Shown here: in pieces, positions 10,120 to 18,743 of the stretch
Layout of the letters: each line of letters begins with the position of its first letter
How positions within the stretch are numbered: position 1 is the first letter of the stretch
Position numbers and translations under genes: made by a program
The notes under the pieces: model-generated
The model's database searches: none
Told to the model about the DNA's origin: nothing
What the model saw: only the letters and a program-made list of their open reading frames with translations
DNA from: Candidatus Poribacteria bacterium
Lineage (GTDB): Bacteria > Poribacteria > WGA-4E > GCA-2687025
Length of the DNA: 64,000 bases
Direction of reading: 5' to 3'
NCBI GenBank assembly: GCA_018644665.1
Contig: JABGQA010000108.1
Location: 3,527-67,526, forward strand

Positions 10120-10151
10120 CAAAACAAAAGAGCGGGTCGGAACCCACTCTT
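10120..10151 (-). terminator. Intrinsic terminator / attenuator in the rimP-nusA-infB leader
   Basis: The minus strand reads AAGAGTGGG-TTCCGA-CCCGCTCTT followed by TTGTTTTG. This is a 9-bp stem with one G-U pair and a U-rich tail. It ends 9 nt upstream of the rimP Shine-Dalgarno sequence and 21 nt upstream of the GTG start. Confidence 0.6.
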
Positions 10152-10402
10152 CACGCGAGGCATCGCTATGCCGCTCGCCCACGAAGGGCAATGTGAAGAG
10201 GCTAGACCATCAGTGAGAAACTCTCTGCTAGCTAGGGATTCCAAGTCGCAACAAGGGTAACACAGCGGCATGCGCATTGCAAGGAACAGGCGGCCACCGG
10301 CGTTGTGCGTGGGCGGGACCGTCGCTATGCTAACGAGGCCCTGAAGCAGGTCGGGCGTCGGGATCCGCCGACAGGCGCCCAGGATAACCGAGGAGGACTT
10401 CC

Positions 10403-11161
10403 ATGCGCAGACTACTCTTGCTTGTTTCCATCGCATGCCTGACTACCGTGGGATCGGCCTCGGCGGACATCTTCGAGGGTCTCGTTCTCTACCTGCCCTT
10501 GGACGAAGGCGAGGGCGATGTCGCCGAAGATCTCAGCGGCCTCGGGCACAATGGCGTCATCGACAACCCGGTCTGGGGCCCCGGCAAGTTCGGGAATGCG
10601 CTGGTCTTCGGGGGCGACGGTAGCGGCACGTTCGTCACCGTCGAGAGCGCGGAAGCGCTCAACCTCAACGAGATGTCGTTCATGGCGTGGATCAACGCCA
10701 ACGCGTGGGACGACGTCCGCCAGATCGCCGGCAAGTCGGTGCACGGCGGGTGCGGTGGTCGCACGCAGTACGGACTGTTCAGTGAAGGTGGCGTGCTGAA
10801 ACTGCGGTTCGAAACGGTAGCCGGTCGAGCGGACATCACCGGTCCGCTGCCCGAAGTCGAGGTCTGGGCCAATGTCGCGGTGACAAGCGACGGAGGCGAA
10901 GCGAAGATCTACGTGAACGGCGAGGAGGTCGGCGCGGGCGCCGTGCCGGGAGATCTGAACGCCAACGAGGATCCGTGGCGACTTGGGCAGGACTGTGACC
11001 GGGCGAACTACATCTTCGACGGGTCGATCGACGAAGCTCGCCTGTGGAACCGCGCTCTCTCCGAAGATGAGATCAATGACTACATGGGCGGCGGCGTCGA
11101 GAGCCTGGCCGTCGGCCCTGCCGGGAAGCTCTCTACGACCTGGAGCGCCCTGCGCCGATAG
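10403..11161 (+). CDS. Secreted LamG (Laminin_G_3 / concanavalin A-like) domain protein
   Basis: 252 aa with an N-terminal signal peptide (MRRLLLLVSIACLTTVGSASA). The pattern LVLYLPLDEGEGDVAEDLSGLGHNGV...GKFGNALVFGG...FMAWINA...FDGSIDEARLWNRALSEDEI is typical of LamG_3. Confidence 0.75.
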   Translation: MRRLLLLVSIACLTTVGSASADIFEGLVLYLPLDEGEGDVAEDLSGLGHNGVIDNPVWGPGKFGNALVFGGDGSGTFVTVESAEALNLNEMSFMAWINANAWDDVRQIAGKSVHGGCGGRTQYGLFSEGGVLKLRFETVAGRADITGPLPEVEVWANVAVTSDGGEAKIYVNGEEVGAGAVPGDLNANEDPWRLGQDCDRANYIFDGSIDEARLWNRALSEDEINDYMGGGVESLAVGPAGKLSTTWSALRR

Positions 11162-11224
11162 GCGTGGTGAGCCGCCACGGCGCGTGCTAGAATCGGGTCG
11201 GACACCACGTAGGAGCACGACCCG

Positions 11225-11455
11225 ATGCCGCACGTCAACGTACGCATGTACCCCGGCCGCACCGAAGAGCAGAAGCGCGCCCTCACGGCGAAGATCATCG
11301 AGGCCTTCGGCGAGGCGATGGACATACCCTCCAAGTGGCTCACCGTAGCCATCGAGGAGGTAGAGCCCGACGACTGGAAGGCCGACGTCGTCGGGCCGGA
11401 AATCCGCGCCAAGGAAGAGTTCCTGTACAAGGAACCCGAGTACCTGGACGACTGA
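11225..11455 (+). CDS. 4-oxalocrotonate tautomerase family protein
   Basis: 76 aa beginning MPHVNVRMYPGRTEEQKRALTAKIIEAF, giving the catalytic Pro1 after Met removal and the beta-alpha-beta pattern. Confidence 0.75.
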   Translation: MPHVNVRMYPGRTEEQKRALTAKIIEAFGEAMDIPSKWLTVAIEEVEPDDWKADVVGPEIRAKEEFLYKEPEYLDD

Positions 11456-11507
11456 CTCCGTTCACGTGTCGTGATGCCGCCACCGTCACAGTGAGCCGGA
11501 GAGAACT

Positions 11508-14500
11508 ATGCCCGGGTACTACCGCAGCCCCACGATCTACGGCGATAGCCTCGTCTTCGCCAGCGAAGACGACCTCTGGACGGTCTCGCCCGAGGGCGGC
11601 ATCGCGCGTCGGCTGACGTCGGCCGTCGGCGCGACGCGCGCGCCATGCTTCTCGCCCGATGGGTCGCTGCTCGCGATGGTGTCCTCCGACGAAGGTCCGG
11701 CCGAAGTGCACGTCATGGACGCGCAGGGCGGCGAACTGTCGCGCCTGACATATCAGGCCGCGAACGCCATCGTCGCGGGCTGGACGCCCGACGGCTCCGG
11801 GATCTACTACGCGAGCAACGGCGAACAGCCGTACGCGCACGTCTACCACCTCTGGACACAACCCGTGGCCGGCGGGATTCCGCAACGTCTGCCCTACGGC
11901 CCCGCCGACTGCATCAGCCACGGTCCCGGCAGCCGGCTGGTTCTCGCCAGGCACGGCCGGCGCGACCCGGCGCGCTGGAAGCGGTATCGCGGCGGCACCG
12001 CCGGCCGCCTGTGGATTGACGCGAAGGGCGACGGCGAGTTCGCCGCGTTGGCCCCCGCCGACGGCGCGTACGCCACGCCTATGTGGATTGGCGACCGCAT
12101 CTACTTCGTCTGCGACCATGAGGGCATCGGCAATCTGTATTCCTGCCTGCCCGACGGCGAGGATCTGCGTCGCCACACGGACCACGACGAGTACTACGTC
12201 CGCGGCGCGTCCACGGACGGGTCGCGGATCGCGTACCACGCAGGCGCGGACCTTTACGTGTATGACGTGGCGTCCGACTCCGGGCGACGTGTGGACGTGG
12301 ACTATCACAGCCCCTTCACGCAACGTCGCCGCACGTTCCCGTCCTCTGAGCAGTATCTGCAGGGATGTGCGCTCCACCCCGATGGTCACGCCCTGGCGGC
12401 CACGGTGCGCGGCAAGCCGTTCACGATGGCGAACTGGGAGGGCGCGGCCCTCCAGCACGGCGAGCCGGACGGGGTGCGCTATCGGCTTACCGAGTGGCTG
12501 AACGACGGAGCCCGGACGATCAGCGTCACGGACGAGGGCGGCGAAGAGGTCCTCGAAGTGCGCGCCGTCGACGGGTCCACCGAACCCTGTCGTTTGGAGG
12601 GGCTCGACATTGGTCGGCCGGTCGGCATCGAAGTGTCGCCAACGGATGACAAGATCCTGCTCGCCAACCATCGGTACGAGCTACACGTGGTCGACCTCGC
12701 GGACGGAGAGTCACGCCTCGTGGACCGCAGTGTCTACGGGCGGATTCGCGGGATGAGTTGGTCTCCCGACGGGAAGTGGGGGGCGTACAGCTTCGCCGGG
12801 AGCGAGCGGACAGCGTGTATCAAGATCGCCGAGATCGAGACGGGCGAAACGCACGAGGTCACGCACCGCGAGTTCCATGACGTCGGCCCGGCCTGGGACC
12901 CCTCCGGCAAGTACCTCTACTTCGTGTCCAGTCGTCAGTTCAACCCGGTGTACGACGCCGTCCAGTTCGGTCTTGGGTTCCCCGAGGCCGCGCGACCGTT
13001 CCTCGTGACGCTGCAGGAGGACGCCCCGCATCCGTTCCTGCCGAGGCCGCGGGCCCTGCACGAGGACGGCGCCGACAAGGACAAGCAAGAGGATAAGAAG
13101 AAGGACGGCGATGACACGCCTGCCAATGTTGAGGAGGGCAAGTCCGATGGCGCCGAGGACAAGGCGGACAAGAAGGACGAGAAGCCTGAGCCAGTCCACA
13201 TAGACCTCGACGGGATACAGCGACGTGTCATCGCGTTCCCGTACCCGGAAGGGCGGTACGGCGCCATCGCCGGCGTCGAAAACAAGGCGCTGTTCGTGAG
13301 CTATCCCGTGCGCGGCTCCCTCCCGTCGCCGGGACGAGACGGCAGCGGCCCGAGGGGCACGCTGCACGTCTACGACTTCAAGGAACAGAAGAAGGACACG
13401 ATCGTGTCCGGCATCGACGGGTTCACGTTGTCGCGCGACACGAAGACGCTCGCGTACCGCGCCGGACCCAAGCTGCGCGTGGTGAAAGCCGGCGAGAAGC
13501 CGGATGAGGCTGCGGGCAAGGAAGGACCAAGTCGCAAGAGCGGCTGGATCGACCTGGGACGCATCCGCGCTTCTGTCGATCCCCGCGCCGAGTGGCGACA
13601 GATGTACCGCGAGGCGTGGCGCCTGCAACGGGAGTACTTCTGGACCGAGGACATGTCCGCAGTCGACTGGGACCGCGTCTACGAGCGTTATCTCCCCTTG
13701 TTGGGCCGCATCGGCTGTCGGTCGGAGTTCTCGGACCTGATGTGGGAGATGCAGGGAGAACTGGGCACGTCGCACGCGTACGAGATGGGCGGCGACTACC
13801 CGGCAGGTCCCAACTACCCACAGGGATTCCTCGGCGCGGACTTGGGCCACGATGCGGAGGCGGGCGGATACCGCATCGAGAGCATAGTGCACGGCGACTC
13901 GTGGGATGAGGCGTCGGACTCGCCGCTAAGCAGACCGGGCGTCGGCGTGCGCGCGGGCGACTTACTTGTCGCGGTGGGCGGACAGGCCGTCGGCGAGGAC
14001 CGGGCGCCCGCGGTCGCCCTCGTTAATCGGGCCGGGCAAGAGACCGAGATCACGGTGAAAGGGCAGGCCGACGGCGACGAGGCGCGCCGTGTGACCGTTA
14101 AGCCGCTCGGCAGCGAATACGCGGCGCGGTATCGGGAGTGGGTAGTCGCGAACCGCGCGTACGTGCACGAACGCACGGAACGCCAGGTAGGCTACGTCCA
14201 CATCCCGGACATGGGCGGGAAGGGCTACGCCGAGTTCCACCGCGCGTACCTCGCGGAGTTGGACTTCTCGGCGCTCATCGTGGATGTGCGGCACAACCGC
14301 GGCGGACATGTGTCTCCGCTCCTGTTGGAGAAGCTGGCGCGGAAGCGCATCGGGTACGACCGGCCCCGGTACGGGCAGCCGATGCCGTACCCGGGCGACT
14401 CCGTGATGGGCCCCATGGTCGCGCTTACCGACGAGAACTCCGGCTCCGACGGCGACATCTTTTCGCACTGCTTCAAGCTCATGGGTCTGGGGCCGTTGAT

Positions 14501-14819
14501 CGGGACGCGGACGTGGGGCGGGGTCATCGGAATAAGCCCGCAGTCAGCGTTCGTGGACGGCGGCGGCACGACGCAGCCGGAGTACTCGTTCTGGTTCACG
14601 GACGTCGGCTGGGACGTCGAGAACTACGGCACCGACCCCGACATCGAGGTGCAATACCGGCCACAGGACTACGTCGCCGGAGTGGACCCGCAGATGGAGC
14701 GGGCTCTGGTCGAAGTACTGAGGCTGCTCGAGGAGAATCCGCCGACGATGCCGGAGTTCGACCGCCGTCCACGGCTGCCGTTGCCTACACTGCCGCCGCG
14801 CCAGGGTCGCATGACCTAG
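11508..14819 (+). CDS. Tricorn protease homologue (beta-propellers + PDZ + S41 peptidase)
   Basis: 1103 aa. The N-terminus MPGYYRSPTIYGDSLVFASEDDLWTVSPEGGIARRLTS is the tricorn hallmark. The C-terminal VGYVHIPDMG...VDVRHNRGGHVSP...TDENSGSDGDIF matches the S41 catalytic region. Confidence 0.85.
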   Translation: MPGYYRSPTIYGDSLVFASEDDLWTVSPEGGIARRLTSAVGATRAPCFSPDGSLLAMVSSDEGPAEVHVMDAQGGELSRLTYQAANAIVAGWTPDGSGIYYASNGEQPYAHVYHLWTQPVAGGIPQRLPYGPADCISHGPGSRLVLARHGRRDPARWKRYRGGTAGRLWIDAKGDGEFAALAPADGAYATPMWIGDRIYFVCDHEGIGNLYSCLPDGEDLRRHTDHDEYYVRGASTDGSRIAYHAGADLYVYDVASDSGRRVDVDYHSPFTQRRRTFPSSEQYLQGCALHPDGHALAATVRGKPFTMANWEGAALQHGEPDGVRYRLTEWLNDGARTISVTDEGGEEVLEVRAVDGSTEPCRLEGLDIGRPVGIEVSPTDDKILLANHRYELHVVDLADGESRLVDRSVYGRIRGMSWSPDGKWGAYSFAGSERTACIKIAEIETGETHEVTHREFHDVGPAWDPSGKYLYFVSSRQFNPVYDAVQFGLGFPEAARPFLVTLQEDAPHPFLPRPRALHEDGADKDKQEDKKKDGDDTPANVEEGKSDGAEDKADKKDEKPEPVHIDLDGIQRRVIAFPYPEGRYGAIAGVENKALFVSYPVRGSLPSPGRDGSGPRGTLHVYDFKEQKKDTIVSGIDGFTLSRDTKTLAYRAGPKLRVVKAGEKPDEAAGKEGPSRKSGWIDLGRIRASVDPRAEWRQMYREAWRLQREYFWTEDMSAVDWDRVYERYLPLLGRIGCRSEFSDLMWEMQGELGTSHAYEMGGDYPAGPNYPQGFLGADLGHDAEAGGYRIESIVHGDSWDEASDSPLSRPGVGVRAGDLLVAVGGQAVGEDRAPAVALVNRAGQETEITVKGQADGDEARRVTVKPLGSEYAARYREWVVANRAYVHERTERQVGYVHIPDMGGKGYAEFHRAYLAELDFSALIVDVRHNRGGHVSPLLLEKLARKRIGYDRPRYGQPMPYPGDSVMGPMVALTDENSGSDGDIFSHCFKLMGLGPLIGTRTWGGVIGISPQSAFVDGGGTTQPEYSFWFTDVGWDVENYGTDPDIEVQYRPQDYVAGVDPQMERALVEVLRLLEENPPTMPEFDRRPRLPLPTLPPRQGRMT

Positions 14820-15640
14820 CGGCGTCTGCGGGACATGGCGCTCAGGCGCCGCGCAACGTACTGCGTCAGGCGAATCCAACTGTAGTTGTGGGACGTGCGG
14901 TCGTTCTGGGATACGGGCTCGAAATCTCCGTCATTCTCGTGGAGGCCGTCCAGGGACTCCTTCATGTGCGGGAGGCCGTCGAGCAGGGCGCGGTGTCCCA
15001 GGAACCGCCAGTGGAAGCCGTACATTTCGGCGTCGGCGAACGCGCCCTGGCACAGCACCGACCCCGTGTCTATGCCATCGTCCACCTTGAGCAGCGTGTA
15101 GCCGACATACTGCGGCTCGCTGTTCAGCAGCGCCCACCCCGCGGTGTGCAGACCGCGGTACTCCGGGGTGATGCCCTCGTGCAGGACGAACGTCCCGTAA
15201 CGCGGGATGCCGAAGAATCGACGCCGGAAGATCGTGCGCCCACACGTCGCGAAGACCACGTCGGGCGCGGCCGCCGTCAGCTCCGCGCGCCATCTGCGGG
15301 AGTGGATGTCGTCACAGGAATGGGTCGGCGCGGTCGTCTCGGGAACGCTCAGGAAGGCGTCGGGGAATCCGGCGTCCCACAGACGACGCTCTTCCTTACC
15401 GAAGCGTAGGACGTAGTAACTGAGGAACAGGAGTTCGTCTACGACCCTGAGGACGCCGAGGCGCTTCACGCGGCGCCGGACTTCCCGCGCCCGCGCGGCG
15501 GCCTCCGGCCAGTCTTCCTCAATGAAGTAGACGCCGACCAACGTATAGTGCTCGTCGAGCCAGCGGATGAACCCGCCGTTGAAGCCGGTCCTGCGACCGA
15601 CGAAGGCGACTCGCATGTGCTTGGGGTCACGCGTGGTCAT
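14816..15640 (-). CDS. Formyltransferase-family protein
   Basis: 274 aa. PDVVFATCGRTIFRRRFFGIPRYGTFVLHEGITPEYRGLHTAGWALLNSEPQYVGYTLLKVDDGIDTGSVL parallels the Formyl_trans_N core (xNxHxSLLPxYRG...TGxTxxxxxxxxDxGxI). Confidence 0.65.
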   Translation of the reverse strand: MTTRDPKHMRVAFVGRRTGFNGGFIRWLDEHYTLVGVYFIEEDWPEAAARAREVRRRVKRLGVLRVVDELLFLSYYVLRFGKEERRLWDAGFPDAFLSVPETTAPTHSCDDIHSRRWRAELTAAAPDVVFATCGRTIFRRRFFGIPRYGTFVLHEGITPEYRGLHTAGWALLNSEPQYVGYTLLKVDDGIDTGSVLCQGAFADAEMYGFHWRFLGHRALLDGLPHMKESLDGLHENDGDFEPVSQNDRTSHNYSWIRLTQYVARRLSAMSRRRR

Positions 15641-15664
15641 AGTTACCGGGCCGCGCGGACCACG

Positions 15665-16537
15665 TCACTCGGCGTCCTGGTCGAGTCGGGCGCGGGCGAA
15701 CTCGCCGAACTCCTCGCCGAAGTCGGGGTCGATGAGCGCCATCTCGAGGAATGCGCGGAAGTAGCTGCGGTAGTTGCCGATGTCGAGGCGACGTTCCCCC
15801 TCGCCCATCCGAACGCCCCAGACAGGAAGGCCGTCTTGCAGCATCAGTCGCATCGTGTCCGTGATCTGTATCTCGCCCCCGCGTCCCGGTTGGGTGCGCC
15901 GGATGTAGTCGAACACGGTCGGCGCGAAGACGTAACGTCCGGCGACGGCGAGGGTGCTCGGCGCGTCCTCGACGGACGGCTTCTCGATCAAGTCTGCCAC
16001 CGCGAATTCCTGCCCGGGATCTCCCGCCGGCTTCGCGATGCCGTATCGGATCACGTCCTCTGGGGCGACCGTCTCGAAGAGGATCGTCGCTGCGGCGCCC
16101 TCGCGGACATGCGTATCGATGAGGCGCGGTAACACTCCCCCGGGATTCATCGACCGGATGAGCGAGTCACCGAGGCTGACCACGAACGGCTCACCACCGA
16201 CGAACGGCTCCGCGTGGGCGATCGCATCGGCGAGCCCCTTGGGGACGCTCTGCCTCGTGTAGTGCATCTGACAGTGGGCGACCTCGTCGAGACCGTGCGC
16301 GGAAGAGCCGTTGAGGTCGAAGTGATCCTCGATCGCGCGCTTCTGCTGGCTGGTGACGATGAGCAACTGCGCGATATCGGCCGCGGCGATCTCCTCGACG
16401 ACGTACTGGATGACCGGCTTCCGCCCGACGGGCAGCATCTCCTTGGGCTGCGATTTCGTCGCCGGCAGCAGGCGCGTGCCGAAGCCCGCGGCGGGGATTA
16501 CCGCCTTGCGTATTCTGATCGGCTCAGGAGCCGCCAT
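15665..16537 (-). CDS. galU: UTP--glucose-1-phosphate uridylyltransferase
   Basis: 290 aa with IRKAVIPAAGFGTRLLPATKSQPKEMLPV at the N-terminus and a VEKP-like LIEKPS motif. Confidence 0.85.
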   Translation of the reverse strand: MAAPEPIRIRKAVIPAAGFGTRLLPATKSQPKEMLPVGRKPVIQYVVEEIAAADIAQLLIVTSQQKRAIEDHFDLNGSSAHGLDEVAHCQMHYTRQSVPKGLADAIAHAEPFVGGEPFVVSLGDSLIRSMNPGGVLPRLIDTHVREGAAATILFETVAPEDVIRYGIAKPAGDPGQEFAVADLIEKPSVEDAPSTLAVAGRYVFAPTVFDYIRRTQPGRGGEIQITDTMRLMLQDGLPVWGVRMGEGERRLDIGNYRSYFRAFLEMALIDPDFGEEFGEFARARLDQDAE

Positions 16538-17273
16538 CGGTGTGTGTCTCCTCTGACTTACGGGGGCCGCGCACGGCGCGACGCAGCACGAGCGACGCAG
16601 TTGCAGTGATGTAGCCGATGTCCCGCCAGAACGTGCGCGTGTCGACGTAGTTCAGATCGCTCGCGATCTTCGTCGGGAGCAGGACCGACGTGTAGTACGC
16701 GTCGGGGTCGTCCTGGGCGGCGAGCATCTGCTCCTCGTCGGCGAAGCGGATCTGCGTGGGGCCGGTCATACCGGGTCGAACGGTGAGGACGCGTTGGTCG
16801 TCGTCGGAATAGAGCGCCACGTGGTCCGCTGATTCGGGCCGCGGACCCACGAGGGACATGCTGCCAGCGAGCACGTTCACCAGGTTCGGGAGTTCGTCGA
16901 GCTTCGACCGGCGGAGCATTCGGCCGACGCGTGTGACGCGCGGATCGTCGGCCGTGGTGATCGCTGTGCCTAGCTGTGGAGCGTCGACGACCATTGTGCG
17001 GAATTTCACCAGCCGGAAGGGCTTCCCGTGGCGACCGACCCGATAGCCAAGGAAGAATACGCTCCCCCGCGACTGCGCCTTTGCGAGCACGGCGCACACC
17101 AGGAACACCGGAGAAAGGACGACGAGGCCCACAAGTGACGCGCCGACGTCGCAGGCGCGCTTCGCGGCGTTCCCACGCATGAGAGGCGCGCTGGTTGTGA
17201 CACGATCAGCGTCCGCGCCGTGCCACGCGGCGTGCGCCGTGCCGTCGAGCGACGCTGTGACCCGAGGCTTCAT
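16524..17273 (-). CDS. Bacterial sugar transferase (polyprenyl-phosphate hexose-1-phosphate transferase, WbaP/EpsL-like)
   Basis: The ORF track extends to 17618, but that part overlaps pyrF and is Arg-rich. The internal ATG at 17273 (MKPRV) overlaps the pyrF stop as TGATG. It carries a TM helix plus KFRTM....D.RVT.VGR.LR.S.LDELPQL.NVL.G.MSLVGPRP-type motifs. Confidence 0.8.
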   Translation of the reverse strand: MKPRVTASLDGTAHAAWHGADADRVTTSAPLMRGNAAKRACDVGASLVGLVVLSPVFLVCAVLAKAQSRGSVFFLGYRVGRHGKPFRLVKFRTMVVDAPQLGTAITTADDPRVTRVGRMLRRSKLDELPNLVNVLAGSMSLVGPRPESADHVALYSDDDQRVLTVRPGMTGPTQIRFADEEQMLAAQDDPDAYYTSVLLPTKIASDLNYVDTRTFWRDIGYITATASLVLRRAVRGPRKSEETHTDGGS

Positions 17274-17980
17274 CAGGATCGCTGGCTCCGGGCGCGCTCG
17301 ACTTCCTCGAGGACGGCGCGTGCCGCCGCGGAGGGATCGTCGGCCTGCGTGATGGGCCGTCCGATGACGAGGTAGTCGGCGCCCGCTGAGACCGCCTCTC
17401 CCGGCGTCATCGCGCGACGCTGGTCGCCGTGGTCCGATCCCGCGGGGCGCACTCCCGGCGTCACGATGCGGAACGCGTCGCCGCACGCTGTCCGGACACT
17501 GGCGATCTCGCGTGGGGATGCCACGACGCCGTCGAGGCCGGCGGCCTCCGCGACGTTCGCCATGCGTGGCACTTGCTCGGGGATCGCGAGGGCGCCGTCT
17601 CCGTGCACCTCGGTCCACAACTCGTCGTCGAGGCTCGTCAGCACCGTCACCCCGATGAGAAGCATGCGACGACCGGCGCCCTCACGCGCGGCGCGGAGCA
17701 TCGCCGAGCCGCCGGCCACGTGGACGTTCAGCATCCACACGCCCAGCCCGTCTGCTGATGCGGCGGCCTGCTGCACGGTGTTCGGAATGTCGTGGTACTT
17801 CAGGTCGAGGAACACGCGCTTGTCGTAGGAGTGGACCAGATCCACGGCGCGCGGGCCGACCGCCGTGAACAGTTGCTTACCGATCTTGAACTGATCCACC
17901 GACGGGGACAGGGCGTCCAGGAGCCGTCGAGCGGCGTCGGCGTCGGGCACGTCGAGCGGCACTATGATCGGATTCGACAT
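17273..17980 (-). CDS. pyrF: Orotidine 5'-phosphate decarboxylase
   Basis: Start chosen at MSNPIIVPLDVPD (AGGAG 5 nt upstream). DLKYHDIPNTV and a VIGRPI-like motif are present. The ORF-track N-terminal extension to 18163 overlaps rlpA. Confidence 0.85.
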   Translation of the reverse strand: MSNPIIVPLDVPDADAARRLLDALSPSVDQFKIGKQLFTAVGPRAVDLVHSYDKRVFLDLKYHDIPNTVQQAAASADGLGVWMLNVHVAGGSAMLRAAREGAGRRMLLIGVTVLTSLDDELWTEVHGDGALAIPEQVPRMANVAEAAGLDGVVASPREIASVRTACGDAFRIVTPGVRPAGSDHGDQRRAMTPGEAVSAGADYLVIGRPITQADDPSAAARAVLEEVERARSQRS

Positions 17981-17988
17981 CGGGCTCC

Positions 17989-18639
17989 TTACCGGTCCCT
18001 GAGCGCCTCTACCCGGACAATCGCGATTCCCCGATCGCGGAAGCCGACGCGCTCCGCGACTCGCTTGGACACGTCGATCACGCGTCCCTTGATGAACCCG
18101 CCACGGTCGTTGATGCGCGCCACGGCCGACCGGCCGGTGGCCTCGGCAGTTATGCGCACCCAAGTGCCGAACGGGAGGAACCTATGCGCGGCGGTCATCG
18201 CGTTCTGGTCGTACGTCTCACCGCTCGCCGTTGGGCGGCCGTGGAACGCCTTACCGTACCACGACGCGGGGCCGACCTGTGCGACGATTTCCTCCACGTA
18301 GCCGCTGGATCGGTCGTCTTGGCCGATGCCGAGTCGCGCGGCGGCTCCTGCGCTGATGCGAGACGTGTCCGCGTCAGCGCCCTGCGCGATGACACGGGCG
18401 ATGAGGGCGCGTCCCGTGTCGCGGTTCGTCACGCGCGCGAAGCCGCCCGGCGCGATGGTCGGGTGCGTGACCGTGAGCGTCTTGGCGCCACCCGATGCCT
18501 CGCCGTCCCAGAGCAATTCCGCGTCTCCGGCGGCGCCCAACTCGAAGCCGCCCCAGTAGATGCTCGTGTGTGGGAAGTACGCGCATCCCGCCACGAACGC
18601 GACTATGGACAGGATGAACGCTACAACGCATGTTCGCAA
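17989..18639 (-). CDS. rlpA: RlpA-like (septal ring lytic transglycosylase / DPBB domain) lipoprotein
   Basis: 216 aa with a lipobox-like VAGC at the N-terminus. ASWYGKAFHGRPTASGETYDQNAMTAAHRFLPFGTWVRITAEATGRSAVARINDRG is the RlpA double-psi beta-barrel signature. Confidence 0.8.
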   Translation of the reverse strand: MRTCVVAFILSIVAFVAGCAYFPHTSIYWGGFELGAAGDAELLWDGEASGGAKTLTVTHPTIAPGGFARVTNRDTGRALIARVIAQGADADTSRISAGAAARLGIGQDDRSSGYVEEIVAQVGPASWYGKAFHGRPTASGETYDQNAMTAAHRFLPFGTWVRITAEATGRSAVARINDRGGFIKGRVIDVSKRVAERVGFRDRGIAIVRVEALRDR

Positions 18640-18743
18640 GTCAGTTCCTCAGCGGGCGCGGCGACGTGGACCGCGTCCCAGCCTTCTCCTGCAAGGGGCG
18701 GCGGCCAGCAGTCGCGGCTTCCTGCAGTCGTCGGCCATCCGAC

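Noticed and set aside
11340-15409. ORFs 11340-12671(-), 12711-13892(-) and 14138-15409(+), overlapping tricorn and the formyltransferase
   Set aside because: They are antisense or alternative frames of genes with strong motifs, and no motifs of their own are visible.
16524-18163. Long N-terminal extensions of the sugar transferase (to 17618) and pyrF (to 18163) ORFs
   Set aside because: The extensions overlap the upstream genes and are Arg-rich. Internal starts give family-typical N-termini, and pyrF has an AGGAG upstream.
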